From the NCBI RefSeq assembly GCF_018350175.1, contig NC_058368.1, positions 207,454,001 to 207,518,000 of the forward strand: a stretch of 64,000 nucleotides of DNA, written 5' to 3'. Below the pieces are notes generated by a model. The model was not told where the DNA came from, ran no database searches, and was given only the letters and a program-made list of their open reading frames with translations. The DNA is from Felis catus. Its lineage: Eukaryota. Shown here piece after piece: positions 25,296 to 38,578 of the stretch (the stretch's first letter is position 1; each line of letters begins with the position of its first letter). The position numbers and the translations under genes were made by a program.

Positions 25296-25531
25296 GGGGC
25301 GCCTGGGTGGCGCAGTCGGTTAAGCGTCCGACTTCAGCCAGGTCACGATCTCGCAGTCCGGGAGTTCGAGCCCCGCGTCGGGCTCTGGGCTGATGGCTCG
25401 GAGCCTGGAGCCTGTTTCCGATTCTGTGTCTCCCTCTCTCTCTGCCCCTCCCCCGTTCATGCTCTGTCTCTCTCTGTCCCAAAAATAAATAAACATTGAA
25501 AAAAAAAATTTTTTTAATAAAAAATAAAAAA
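25296..25531 (+). mobile_element. Young CpG-rich felid CAN-SINE (SINEC_Fc-like) with 15-bp TSD
   Basis: Perfect TSD taaacagtaggttta at 25281-25295 and 25532-25546; many intact CpGs. Confidence 0.96.
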
Positions 25532-27477
25532 TAAACAGTAGGTTTAATCTTAAGAGTGGGTAAGGAAAGAAGGGATAGGCTGAGAAGTAGAGAGAGTAGA
25601 GTACAGACTCCTGAGGATTACCAATGTTTGTATCATGGACAAGGGAGAGGAGCTAGCAAAAAAGAAGCAGAAGATCAGGAAATGTTACATCACAAAAATT
25701 AAGGGAACAGAGAGTTTGAAAGCATAAGAATGGCCAGTCAGGTCAGATGCCTCTACGGAACAGAGATCAGGGCAAGAAGTGTCGCTCAAATTTAGCAATA
25801 AGAAGTCTTCAATGGATTAATAAAGGCCAAAGGCAAGTGCAATAGGTTGAGCATCACCATGTAGTAAGGGAAGAAAGTTGGTACAGACTGAAAAGGAAAT
25901 GTGGTTAACAAAGGTAACAGCAATAAGAGACAACCAAAATGAAGAAATCAAGGGGCTGGATGTCTCAATAAAGCAAAGAAAGAGGATATTGAGAGCATGC
26001 GAGTGAGGAAATCATGGTCAGACAGTAGGATACCGGCATTTTCAAAGATGAAGCCATTACAGGTGTCAGAATGATGCCAGGACTGTGGGTTAGATGGAAT
26101 TAAGATAAATATTCATAGAGATGATGGAATCAAGGAAGAGTGAGGCAGGATGGTACTTCGGAGAACACTGAAATAACTTAAAGTAAATAAAGGCTGGAGT
26201 TTGAGCGGGGAGGGAGATAGAGGGCAGTGTCAAAAGTCCTGGGTGACTGTGGACAGTTAAGAGTGTTGGTAAATAGAAGAGTAGAAGGCGACCCAGCTAG
26301 ACCTTGTCAACTTCTAAAGAGGAAAGGATTGTACTGAGTCTTTCCTTAAATGAAGTGCTGTAACGTAATCTAGTGGGCCCTAAGTAGTTCCATGTGACTG
26401 TAAACAGATCTGAACCACAGGAATTCTTATTACTGTAAAGGGATCGCCAGACTTACATCACTCCCATTGACCTTCACAAAGAACCCCAGAACTGATCGAT
26501 TGAAAAATCGTTCTCTCTTTCGTTACAAAAGAGCTCATTTGAAAGTGCTGTAAAAACAGCACAGAACCAGCAACGAAGAGAGCTGGAATCTGATGCTGCC
26601 CCTACCCCTGACTGTGTGACCTTGGTAGTGTCACTTCCCATCCCGGACGTCATCTTCCTCCTCTGTATTTATGTATTCGTCGATTGATGCATGTAATTCC
26701 CAGTATCTGTTGAAGCCTAGTGGGTGGTAGGCACAATCCTAGATGTTGGGGACATAGCAGCAAGCAAGGCACACCCGAAACCAAGAGGCCCTGCCATGTG
26801 AGGGTTCTCATTTCCTCCAGCAAGTGTGTATGTTCTAAGTGAAAGCACCACAATTTCATTTGTAGTGGTCTAAGACCTGTGGATCTTTCAGGATTTAGTC
26901 AGAAACAGATATGGAATGAGATGGCAGCTCCAACTTGAGATCCCTGAACACTGAGGGAGTCCATAAAATGGCTAATAATAAACTTGCAGAACACTTTCCA
27001 TCACTATAAGAGAGCCAAATGCAAATTATGCTCAACACATTCACACCACTTTAGCCAAACTTAAGTGTTTCTACCTGATGGTCACACATTCTAATGCACA
27101 CATGTGTGTGTCTCTGCCTTAAAAAGTATTATTATTGTGCAATAAATATAATTTAATGCCACAAAGTTTCCAAGCAAATCGAAACCAAAGGGAAATTTAA
27201 AAAAAAAAATTTTTTTTTTAATGCTCCTGAGTAGAGAAAACCTTGTGAGCCCTCGGCAGAGTGGAAAACTCTGACATTCGAGCTTGAAGCCATGTTTGTT
27301 CAAATCCCACCTCTCCTGCTTCATACGTGAAGCCTTGGCTATATTTCCCTGAGGCTCATCTGTAAAGCTAAACCAGAAGCCTACCTTTTATGCAGTTGAG
27401 AGGCTTTAGTGAGAAATTTTCTAGTTGCATGGTGTTTAACATGACATAATTAAAATAATAGCAACAGAACATATGTG

Positions 27478-27710
27478 TGGTGGGAAGAGCCTGAGAAGTG
27501 GAGTTGGACACACCAAGTTCAAATTCTAGTTTCTCACCAACCAGAGATGGGCGAGGCCAGACAAGTGATGTAATCTCAGTGCTTTTCGGTTTCCTCAACT
27601 GTAAAATGGATTATTTTGAGGATTAAATGAAGCTGTATATATACATACACACACACATATATATATATATATATAAACTTGACACATTATAGAAGTTTGA
27701 TAAACATTTA
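27478..27710 (+). mobile_element. MIR relic containing a (CA)(TA) microsatellite
   Basis: cggtttcctcaactgtaaaatgga...gaggattaaatga MIR core. Confidence 0.65.
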
Positions 27711-27839
27711 TCCTTTCTTTTCTTTGAAACCCATTACATATTAAATAAAAATATTATTCTTTTCACATCTCTAGTCTAGCATGCTTCATTTCTCCTAGAT
27801 AAACACTGAAGTATAAATGTCATTTAACGACATGTCAGA

Positions 27840-28050
27840 GCGGTACGTGGTGGTGCAATTGGTTAAGCGCCCAACTCTTGGTTTCGGCTCAAGTCCTGGT
27901 CTCAGTCTGTGAGACCGAGCCCCACGTCAGGGGCTGATGCTGTGAAGCTTCCTTGGGATTCTCTCTCTCCCCCCCTCTCTCTATCCCTTCCCTGCTCTCT
28001 TTCACTACCTCTCAGAATAAATAAATATTAAAAAAAATAAAATAAAATAG
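27840..28050 (+). mobile_element. Older CAN-SINE (host of the next element)
   Basis: Diverged head, CT-rich region and A tail; atgtcaga repeated at ~27832 and ~28308. Confidence 0.85.
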
Positions 28051-28051
28051 A

Positions 28052-28280
28052 GGGGCGCCTGGGTGGCTCAGTCAGTTGGGCGTCCGACTTCGTCAGCTCA
28101 GGTCATGATCTCACCATCTGATCCATGGGTTCGAGCCCCATGATGGGCTCTGTGCTACAGCTCAGAGCCTGGAGCCTGCTTCAGATTCTTTGTCTCCCTC
28201 TCTCTCTCTGCTCCACCCTGTCTCACGCTCTGTCTCTCTCTGTCTCTAAAAGATGAATAAACGTTAAAAAAAAATTTTTT
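28052..28280 (+). mobile_element. CAN-SINE nested in the A tail of the previous SINE
   Basis: TSD aataaaataga at 28041-28051 and 28281-28291. Confidence 0.92.
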
Positions 28281-29192
28281 AATAAAATAGAATAAAAATA
28301 TGAAAATATGTCAGATACATAGACGTCAAGGGCAGAGAAGACTTAAATACAAAAAATGTAATGTATATCGTATTTTATATATTCCTAATATATAATATAT
28401 AATTAATGTGTTGTTGTTTTATTTTACTGTTCCTATTCATTTGCTACGTTACATTTAGCCTGAACCACGGGAATAAAATAAATAGAACTTCTACAGAGCA
28501 ATTCAGCATTCAACCAGCCAGGTAAGAAATTTCCCTTGTCCCCTCCTCCCTGCCTCTGGGGGGGGTCAGTCAGTCTCCAGGGACAGAGGTGGTTTTCAAT
28601 CTCCCTTCACATTGAATTATCGAGTCAAGTAACACAAAGTCTAACCCATTAGCATTAGGTCTAATTAGCATTAAACATCATCTTATCTTGCCTGCTCCCA
28701 AGTTCCTCTTTCGGGAGGTATCCTGGCAGGGTCCAGAGCCGATTCCTACTGTATCTGGCCCCCTTGTCGTTAGCTAAGACTTACAAGAAGCGTCCTTGGG
28801 CATAGATTTAATCATTGCTATAGTGACAACGTTGCTGCATACATTCGAATCACCGCATTACTTGGCAATTCTGCACCGTCTGCAGGTTAACAGCAAGCTC
28901 AGGAACCGATGAAATTAGCCCCCTTAGACACCTAAAACTCTCCACTCAACAAGGAGAGGGAGGCAAGAAAGCCCGTGGCGGGTAAATAACTTCCACTCTA
29001 AGTAGGACCACTAGAAGAAACGTAAGACTGTGCTAGAAAAACTAGCTGTCTGTTAACCCTCCACCCCACCCTCTGTTTTATCAGTTTGTGTATGTGTTCA
29101 TGTTTGAAAACTGCTTATTTGTAATTAATGAATATTGATGAAGGCCCCTTAAGTCCTGTGTCAGAAAATATTTGTCCAAAAGCTTAATGACG

Positions 29193-29392
29193 TAGTGTTT
29201 CTCAAGCTGGTCATTCAAACTTTCGACCCTGGCCACACGTTTGAATGACCCAGCAAGCTTTAAAAAAAAACACCGATGCAGGGTCCCATCCCAGATCAAT
29301 GAAATTAGAATCAGGTAGGGGGTGGGCAGGCATCAGTGGCTTTTCACAGGTCCCGCCCCGGGGACCATTCTATTCTATCGTACAACTAGTGT
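29193..29392. mobile_element. MER5-like hAT-Charlie MITE relic
   Basis: tagtgtttctcaag start; gggtcccatcccagatcaatgaaattagaatc...gggtgggcaggcatc core. Confidence 0.55.
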
Positions 29393-30000
29393 TTTAAGAA
29401 TGGTTGTGGTATCCACGTTCTCTGGCACTTCAAAAACATCTTACCCTTTGCACAAGTCCCGGAGAAAGTGAAAATACGAAGGGGAGGGCATCCTTTACGA
29501 TGGATTGGAGCAAATTGTTCCGTTTCAGAATCTGTCTTGCTGATGAGTGTGTTTCTGAGATAAGGAGAACGTGTCCTCTTGTGGGACAGTGTAAAGCCCT
29601 AGGGAGTTTACTAGATTCTGCACAATGATCCCCCAAGCATATACAGAAAGCCTACTTTATAACCGCATTTCACCCTTTGCTGCACCCATGTGGAAATAAC
29701 GCCCACAGCTCGCTCTCAAATTGTGTCGTATATGTCCGTGCCTCCTTTTCTACTCAAGGCAGTTCTTTTACTGATTTTGAGTTTATGCCTCTATGAGAAT
29801 CATCCACAGACCTTTCTCCCCCAAATTACACACTCTGATCCCTTCCTCCCAGAGTCTCCCGAGACGGGAAACACTGGAGTTTTGTTTTTGTTTTCAACAC
29901 TCCGGTTCACGTGAGCCAATTTAGCACTCACCGTCTCGTTGGCAGAATGTGCTCATCAATATGAGAGGACAGTAGGCCACGAATTACAAAATGACTCTCC

Positions 30001-30153
30001 TTTGATTGGACTTTGGCTCCCAGGAAGTCCTGTTTGACAAGAATCCTGACAGAAAACAGGCAATAATTGTCCCACAGTTCTCTGGCCCTTTGCAAATAAA
30101 CGCCTTACAGGACCTGTCTGGCCATTCCTCACGGAGCTGCCTCGAGAGAGCAG
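30001..30153 (+). promoter_or_regulatory. C9: C9 proximal promoter/5'UTR with liver transcription factor motifs
   Basis: TGGACTTTG (HNF4-type) 30007-30015; TGGCCCTTTG 30083-30092 overlapping TTGCAAATAAAC (C/EBP- and forkhead-like); directly upstream of the ATG. Confidence 0.6.
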
Positions 30154-30230
30154 ATGTCTGCCGGCCAGAGGTTTGCCTTTGCAATATGCATTTTACAAAT
30201 AGGTGTCCTGAGTGCTGGGCCCACTCCTAG
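30154..30230 (+). CDS. C9: Complement C9 exon 1 (signal peptide)
   Basis: [28 protein letters not shown]; donor AG|gtgagt at 30231; 77 coding nt, phase 2. Confidence 0.92.
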
Positions 30231-30758
30231 GTGAGTCCCCTTTTCTGTTTGTCTCTGGAATTTCACTGTTTTGATATTTATCTCAAGGCCTACTTCTTAG
30301 CAGGAAAGCAGATAAAATTTCCACCCACATTGAGGTAGACATCCCCAAAGTTTAAACTTTGAAAAGGGGTGAGAAAAGTGCAGGGGTGTGTCTTGGAGAG
30401 TTTTGTAAGGAAACCTGCTGCTGTTTCCAGAAAGTTCTTTCAAACAAGCCATTCACATGTTCAGACCGAGATAATCTTTAAATACTTGGAATTATGAAGC
30501 AAAGCTGGTTTTCACCAGAGTATGTTTCATAAACCTGAGCTTATCGGTATCTAACATATGAGAAGGTTAAAATTAAAAAAAAAAAAAAATCTTTCCCTCA
30601 TTCTGCCTCAATGTCCAGCACTCTTAACTTTTGGATATGTCACCTTCTTGCTCCCATGTCAGGCAAAGGTTAAACATTTGGCCTTTCCTCCTTGACATTC
30701 AAAGTTGTGTCCAGAGGCACACATTTTGACCTTAGGCCTAGGGTTAATTTCCTCCTTT

Positions 30759-30888
30759 TTTTTTTTTTTTTAAATATGAAATTTATTGTCAAATTGGTTT
30801 CCGTACAACACCCAGTGCTCATCCCAAAAGGTGCCCTCCTCAGTACCCATCACCCACCCTCCCCTCCCTCCCACCCCCATCAACCCTC
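30759..30888 (-). mobile_element. Very short 5'-truncated L1 3' end with 13-bp TSD
   Basis: TSD aatttcctccttt at 30746-30758 and 30889-30901; reverse complement of the L1 tail seen at 51120-51230. Confidence 0.92.
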
Positions 30889-31967
30889 AATTTCCTCCTT
30901 TCGAGAAGAATCACCATAGCACAGACCTGTCAGCCCTGCTTCTGGCAAAGACTTACTTTCTCTCCTTTTGTTCTGATCCCATTTGGGAACTTGTAGCTCA
31001 TTCCAGGCCAAGCCAGGATGTGCTTACCAAACAACTACGCCGTATCCAAAATTGCTGGAGAACATGTAGATCTGTGCCATCCGATACGGCATGATCTGAC
31101 TTGGGGACAGTATTGAAGTATTTCTGGCTTTGACAGTATGGTCAGGGGATACTATCTGCCCAAACACTGTCTCCTCTGCTCAGACACTAACCGCAACGTG
31201 CTTCCATTTCCACTTTGGTCGTTTGACTCCTGTTTTAACCAAATTCTATTCTGGGATCTGATGTCCATCTCGAGCACAGCTTTGCCTCCCTGTCGGCTCC
31301 ACTGGGGACCACCATGCCTCCTGGGCCCCCCTCGGCCTGTGGTTTGCTCACAGGGCTACAGCTTCCAGCAGAAGGGGACACAGAGGTGCCGCACAGACCA
31401 GCACGGGTCTGGGTGAAGCGCTTCACCAGGCTTCCCTTTGCACCCTCACTTCCTCTTCCGCGTTAGCTAAAAAGCATTTTTCCATTCGGAAGATATTTTC
31501 GCTTACTGGGCATTGGGTGCAAAGGGGATTTGGGAAGGCGGTCACTACAAGTTGCTTTAGCCTTCCACCCTGACGCTTTCTTAAGTTAAAAAAATAATTC
31601 AAGCAACCCACATTCCTGGATTGAGACTCCTGCTGATCAAAAATGAGAGGCTGTGAGGAAGGCTACATCCGCTTTGAAGTTTGTGCCCTTGGGTCCTGGC
31701 CTCACTCAGCTGTCTCAGGGGGAACCAGAAAGCCCCCCGCCCCTGGCGGGCCCCCCAGCTCCCAGCAGCTGCACTGCTGAGCTGGATTTGGCTTCAAGCA
31801 CTCTCACCACTAGGCTCTCAAGAGTTTGTTAGGGTTGCCCGGGCTGGAACACTCCGTGCTCTGCCCTTTGACAGAGGGTTGAGGTCAAAACACAGTGTTC
31901 GGATCAGTCGTGAAGTGAGACACATAGTTCAGCCAGAGAACTGGAGTTTGCAAATGACTTTTTTAAA

Positions 31968-31995
31968 AAATTTATTTAGTGTTTATTTTATTTTT

Positions 31996-32026
<31 letters not shown>

Positions 32027-32186
32027 GACGAGAGGGGAGGGGCTGAGAGAGAGGGAGACGCAGAAGCAGGCTCCAGGCCCTGAGCTGTCAGCACAGAGCC
32101 CGGCCTGGGGCTCAAACCCACAAACCCTGAGATCATGACCTGAACCAAAATTGGACATTTAACCGACTGAACCACCCACGTGCCCC
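31968..32186 (-). mobile_element. CAN-SINE
   Basis: (GA)n, SINE body; flanking caaatgaYtttttt duplication. Confidence 0.93.
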
Positions 32187-32337
32187 ACAAATGATTTTTT
32201 TAAAACACACATTTGATCAGAATGGAGCACTCCTCTGGAGCAAGCCTTCCCCAACTCAAGGCGGCATTACTAGCTAACAAACCATGTAAGTTTGGGCAGA
32301 TTACTCAACGTTTCTGCACCTCGGTTCCCTCAAGGGT

Positions 32338-32787
32338 TGTATTCGTTTCCTAGTACCACGAACTGGGCGGCTTCAAGCACCAGAAACCTATTGTTTCACA
32401 TCCTGGAGGCTAGAAGTCTGAAATCAAGGTGTTGGCAAAGCAGTGCTCCCTCAGAATCTGAACGGGGTTCTTCCCCAGTTTTGGCAGTGGCTGGTGATCC
32501 CTGGCATCCCCTTGGCTCACGGCTACATCCTTCTAGTCTCTGCCTCTGTCACCACAGGGCTAGCTTCACCTCACCTTTCCTCTGTGCACGTTCCTCTGTC
32601 ACGTTCTAAATTTTCTCTTCTTAGAAGGACACCAATCATATTGGATTAGGACCTACCCTAATGGCTTCATTTTAACTTGATTTTTTTTCTGTAAAGACCC
32701 CCTTTCCAAATAAGATCACATTCGGAGGTACAGGGGTTAGAACTTCAACTTGTGTTTGGGGGGTGGGACACAATTTACCCCATAACA
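32338..32787 (-). mobile_element. MaLR solo LTR (MLT1-like)
   Basis: ctggaggctagaagtctgaaatcaaggtgttggca ... ttccaaataagatcacattc ... gacacaatttaccccataaca. Confidence 0.8.
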
Positions 32788-33419
32788 GTGGCAATAATAG
32801 CACTTCCCTAATAAGGGTTTGTGTGAAAGTTAAATTATATTCCATATATTGTACTTACAACGTCTGTGCCTGGCACATGGTAAAAACTCAGTACATGTGA
32901 AATATTCTTTAGAATTATAACTTGCTATTACTTTGATATGCTTTCTGGTTAGTAAAGGGAGGGATAAAGTTCCAGCCAGCCTTCAGGGGATATCATATGG
33001 CTGCAGATACTTCATCTGAAGCCACAGCGACAGTGAGTTATTGCTACTAGTGAACTGTTGGGGATATTAAGAATCATTTGTTTGCAAACGTAAGAGTGCC
33101 CGTGAGAATAGGTCCTGAGCAGGGCATCATCTCTTCTGTTTCTCAAGGTAGGATAGAAATGTTAAAACCAATGCGTGAGTAGAGTAGTAGCTCATAATAC
33201 TGGTCTTGGAGCCAGAGGGCTCGAGTTTGATTCCAGGGTCCATAGTTTATTAGCTCTGTGACCCTGGCAAAGTTCTTAATGTCTCTAAATCTGTTCCTCA
33301 CCTGCAAAATGGGAATGCAAACATGACTTGCTGGGTGAAATTCCTGAGATAATAAAGGCAATATCCCCAGCACAGTGATGGGGTGGCTTTGAGTGCTCCG
33401 TGAGTGCAGCTCTCATTAT

Positions 33420-34480
33420 TTTTTTCCTTTTGATTTGTAAATAACAACATGTTTACATGGTTCAAAGACCAACAAATATAATAATATATACATTGAAATG
33501 TCTTGAGAGAGATTTGTGTTATTACATATAAAGTACTTAGAATACTACCCCTCTCCCAGTATACCCTGTTCCCACAGGTAACCATCTTTATTAGCTTTCT
33601 GTGTATCCTTCCAGAATTTCTTAGTGTAGATTAAAACATAGTGACATATATAATCTTATTCCTCCCCTTTCCTTTACATACTCTCTTACACTTTGCTTTT
33701 TCCTTTTTCCTTTACAATATATCCTAGAAAACCTCTCTGTATCAATTGTCCACACAACTGATCACTTTTCCATTGTGTGGCTATACGCCTCAGATAATCT
33801 ATCTTTTATTGATTAACACTTAGGTTGTTTGCAGTCTCTTGTACTATTAACAGTGTTGCGATGAATACTTTTATTCCTATATCATTTTGCAAGTGGATAG
33901 TTGTACCTGAGGATTAACTCCCAGAAGTGATGTAAAGGAGTCAAAAGGAAATCACCTTTGTGACTTTGCTAAAATTGCCCTACGGCCCTGGGAGGTTGGT
34001 ATTACTTTGCACTTTCCCCAGCAGAGTATGTTTATTTCCCCACAGCCTTGCCAATTTCTTGATATTTGCCAGTCTCATAGGTGAAAAAATGGTATCTTCA
34101 AATAGTTTTAATTTCCCTCTCTCTTTTCTTGTTATTATTTCTTAGTTGAGGTGTAATTGATATACAGTATCCTATTAGATTCAGGTGAACATCATGATGA
34201 TTTGATGTTTTTATACATTGCAAAAAACTTCCCACAATAAGATTGCACATCCTTTCATATGTTTAAAGGCCATATGTATGTTTTTCTTTGTGACTGTCCA
34301 TATCCTTTGCTCATTTTTTCATTGAGCCTCTTGTCTTTCTCTTATGAATTTCTATGGCCACTTAAAAAACCAGTCCTCTGTCTCTGGTAAGAATTAAAAA
34401 CACTTCCCCAATTTGTCATTCGTATTTTGACCATATACATGGTGTGTTTTTAGTGTGATTATAATTTTCGTATTTATATT
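33420..34480 (-). mobile_element. Old L1 (L1M-type) fragments
   Basis: Diverged antisense L1 3'/ORF2-end signatures, e.g. atttgccagtctcataggtgaaaaatggtatct. Confidence 0.6.
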
Positions 34481-34793
34481 ACTCTTTATTTTCAAATAAT
34501 TAAGAAAGAGCACTAGACTGGGAGTTAGAAATCCTGAGAGGGATTTAGTAGGTGGCCCTTGGAGAGGAACTGCCTGAATTTGAATCCTAACCTGGCTATC
34601 AAGTACCCTCTGCTGTGTAACTTGAGGAAAATTACTCACCATCTCTGAGGCTCCGTTCATTATCTCTAATGTGCGATAATACTGGTAACATATCTTACAA
34701 GGCTGATGTAAAAATTAAGTGAAATAATAAGAATAAAGACTTAGAGGAATTCTGACATAAACTAAGCATTCACAAATGTTAGCAATGATTATT

Positions 34794-35001
34794 TTTTATG
34801 TTTACTTACCTTTAAGAGAGACAGGGAGACAGACTGTGAGTGAGGGAGGGGGAGAGAGAGAGGGAGACACAGAATCTTAAGCAGGCTCCAGGCTCCTCAT
34901 TATCAGCACAGAGCCCAACGCGGGGCTCGAACTCACGGACCATGAGATCGTGACCCGAGCCGAAGTTGGACATTCAACCGACTGAGCCACCCAGGCGCCC
35001 C
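34794..35001 (-). mobile_element. CAN-SINE inserted at the end of a MIR (34505-34790)
   Basis: TSD aaatgttagcaatKattatt on both sides. Confidence 0.94.
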
Positions 35002-35439
35002 AAATGTTAGCAATTATTATTCAATTTATTTGAATTAAATTTATCTCAGTAATCTGGACAAATGCCCACACCTCTGTTAATGGGAAAGCCAGGCTTAACT
35101 CTTAAACTGAAGATATCCAAATGTCAGTCTTTGTCTTTTATGTTTTTGATATTCATATTCAATACAAGCTAACAGATATTTATTTACCAACTACTATCGG
35201 ACACGGATGGTCATTTGTTTATTCATCCATGTAATACAGCAAATATTTACTGGGTTTGTGACATGGGCCAGACATTGGATCAGGAGCTACAGGGTAGTAC
35301 GAAACATGTCATGGGGGTCTCTGCCCTCACTGGGCTGACAGTCTAGTAAGGAATATAAATAAATAAACAGCAATTGAAGCTCAGCCCAGTTCTCTGAGTG
35401 AAGCCCATGGTGTTAAGAGAGGTGGACTCCTATGAGCCT

Positions 35440-37200
35440 CACCATTCCACTCTGCACTGGCTTCATCTGTCCTGGCCTCCGCAGGGACTTTGCTCCTCTA
35501 ACTCTCCCTCTCTCTCCTGCATCATCAACATCTCCCTTTGTACCGAATCATTCCCATCAGCATACAGACATGTTGTAACATTTCCCTTAAATGTTGGCTC
35601 AGTCCTCCGGCTTACCCCAGACCTACACACTCACATCCAGCCTCATGGTGGGAAATGGCACTTAGATTCAGACAACGCTCACATTTATTTGCACGGAGCA
35701 CACTGCTTCCCTTAGCGCAATGTCTGGTTACTTAAGTCAGCATCTCTTGAACATCTAACGGCCCAAACTTAACGTGTCCGAAACATACCCACTGATTTGT
35801 CTCCCCATCTTCACCCAACCTGCACCACTACTCACTGAGTTACTCAGGCAGTAACCCGGGACTCACCCTTGACTCCTCTGTTCGTATCCTTCCCACGTGC
35901 AATCTAACAGCACATCTGTTGATATTGTCTTGAAAATATATCCCAAATCTGCCCACTGCTTGCTACCTCCACTGTGACTATTCTCGCCCAAATCAGTATC
36001 ATTTCTGGCTTGTATCCACCCTTGCCCACACTCCACCAGGCAACCAGAGACATTTCTAAATCTTTTGAAAACATAACTCCGGGTGTTACTCCCGGTCTCA
36101 TACTCCTGTAAGAATTTCCATCAAGCTCAGAATCCAATCCAAGCTCCTCACCACAGCTTACAAGGCAGGAGCTGCACCCTACCTGCTTCTCCAGGCACCT
36201 CTGCTACCTTGCCTTTTGCTCACGCGGCTCTGTCGCCCTACTTCTGTGCTTCTGACATACCGCCCTCAGGGCCTTTGCATTTATTTGCCCCTAGCTTCGA
36301 ACACTCTTTTTCCAGACACTCACACAGCTTCTCTCTGAATTCATCCAAGTAGCTAATCAAATATCACCTTCTGTTCTGGTCATTTTTGCTGTGTAACAAA
36401 CCATCCCGAGACGGTTGTTACAACTATACCAATTATTTTATTGGTTCATGAGTCCAAGGGTTGAATGGGCCCGGTAAAGTGGTTTTCATGGGTATCCCAT
36501 GTAGATGTAGTCAGATGGTGGCTGGGCCTGGGATTGTTATGGTGATCTCTTCACTCATGTGTCTGTCATTTGGGCTGGGAAGACCCAAACAGCTAGGGGC
36601 TGGAACAGTTGATTCTCCTTGAGAATCTGTCTCTCGTGTTCTCTCTTGCTCTCTGCTCTCCATGTGGTCGACTCAAGGTAGTCAGTTTTATTCATAGTGG
36701 GAAAAGGCTCCCAGAGCAAATGTTTTTAAATAAGCCAGCAGAACTCGCATGGCTTTTTCTAACCTAGTCTTAAAAGTCAGGCAGGCTCATTTCAACTGTG
36801 TTCCACTCATCAAGGCATTGAGAAAAACACTACCAGCTTCAAAAGGAGAGAACACAGACCCCATTTTTGATGGGAAGAATGACCAAAAAAAAAAAAAAAA
36901 TCGTGAACACGTTTTTAAATCACCACACCTCCTCTGAGAGGGCCCTTTGACTACCCCATATAAGAAACCTCCCTCCCCTACTCCAGCCCCATGGCACTCT
37001 ATCCACTTACCCTGCTTTATTTTCCTTTACAGTTCATATGTCTTAACTGACACTGCATGTTATATTTGCTGGATCCTCGGTTATTGTTCTCATCCACTAG
37101 AATGTAGGCTCCATGATGGCAAGAACATTGTCTTGTAGCCCCAATCACTTAGAACAATTCCTGACACAGAGCAGGCCCTCCATAAAGGTCCTTGAATATA
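35440..37200 (+). mobile_element. L2 relic interrupted by a MaLR LTR (~36372-36927)
   Basis: L2 3' end ccactagaatgtaggctccatga...cctgacacagagcagg; MLT1-like ttgctgtgtaacaaaccatccc...aatcaccaca insert. Confidence 0.65.
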
Positions 37201-38132
37201 GGCTCACTGGGAGCACACAAAACAAGCTCTTAAATAAGTCTTGGTAAATCAGGAAAGGTCCTGAAAAAATTAGCATTGGGCACTGCTGTTATATTGTCTT
37301 CTCGTCTTGATGAATCGCATGAACTAAGAAAACTGGCAGATCCGTGGGTTAAGAATGCAGTCCTAATTAGCTTATATTTCTCCACTCAGAGGAGCCGCAT
37401 TGTCTTATTTATTGACAAAAAGATTCCTTCCCACAGCAGGTGTTTTTTCGCCTGGAGTGTGAGTTGCTCCTGGAGGTTTCCTCCTACTAAAGCTGGAAAT
37501 ATTTTACGGCTGGGAGATGGAACCAGGCGTACATCAATGGCCCTTCATTTAATGCATTTCTGGCCCAGAGTTAGACCTCCTGTCATGCTGATATACATCA
37601 CTTTGATCTGGGAAATGACTTTCAAGCTGAGATTGAAACACTTGGAGATAGGTTTTACTTGATAAACGCATTTCATCTAGGAATCCAGACAGTGCTTTAC
37701 AAATACTTCTCCACTCAGTCTAATAACTCAGCAGGGTGAAAGGCAGGTGGTAGGCATTGTACATATACAGCCCTTGAACTACAAGAGATTATCTGCCTAG
37801 TGAGTCAGACGAGCTTGGGAGGGAGCGTTAGGCTCAGAAGTCCCTATCCAAGAACACTCACCTCCTATCTTAACATTTGCATACTGCATTCATTTCAATA
37901 GCCCATTCCTTTGGCACAATCTACTATTTCCTCCTAATAATTCCCCACAGTCCTGCCATATTTTGCCTCCAAGTATCCAGGTACCTGGTGCATGAAGGGA
38001 AAACAGCCAGAAGTTCCCACACTTTTTAACTTATTTTTGCCTAATTTCATATCATTTAGGTTTAAACTTAAAATAGATCCAGGAAGGAAACAAGTTGTCC
38101 AATTAATGTGCTTTACCTGGAACTGCTATACT

Positions 38133-38177
38133 AGGAAGGAAGGAAGGAAGGAAGGAAGGAAGGAAGGAAGGAAAGAA
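38133..38177. repeat. (GGAA)n microsatellite
   Basis: Direct reading. Confidence 0.95.
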
Positions 38178-38578
38178 GTTTTTGTTAACTTTCATATCTC
38201 AAAATGTCTAAAAATCATTAAACTATTATATCCAAAAATTATTGACTAAGCTATGACCTTTTAAGTCATTTCAAAGAGGCTTTGATTAGTGATGTAAGGG
38301 GAGGTAGCATGGGGGACAAGGAAAAATTGCAGTGAACTAGGAGCAGAGAGAGGTAAATTCTCCACCTGGTTTTGCCATTAATGCCCGACTTTGGATAAGT
38401 CCTGTAATTCTGGTTTTAGTTTCTCATCTGTAAAAGACAACTAATAACACCTACCAAATTTACCCCTCGGTGGTAGAATGAAAGATTAATAAGAAAATGA
38501 GATTTGAAAATTGACTAGTAAAACTAGTAGACATATAGAAGAAACTGCTTAATAAGAAAAAGAAAACACATTTATTGA

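Noticed and set aside
25296..25385. tRNA-like A/B-box sequences
   Set aside because: These are SINE heads followed by SINE body, tail and TSD, not tRNA genes.
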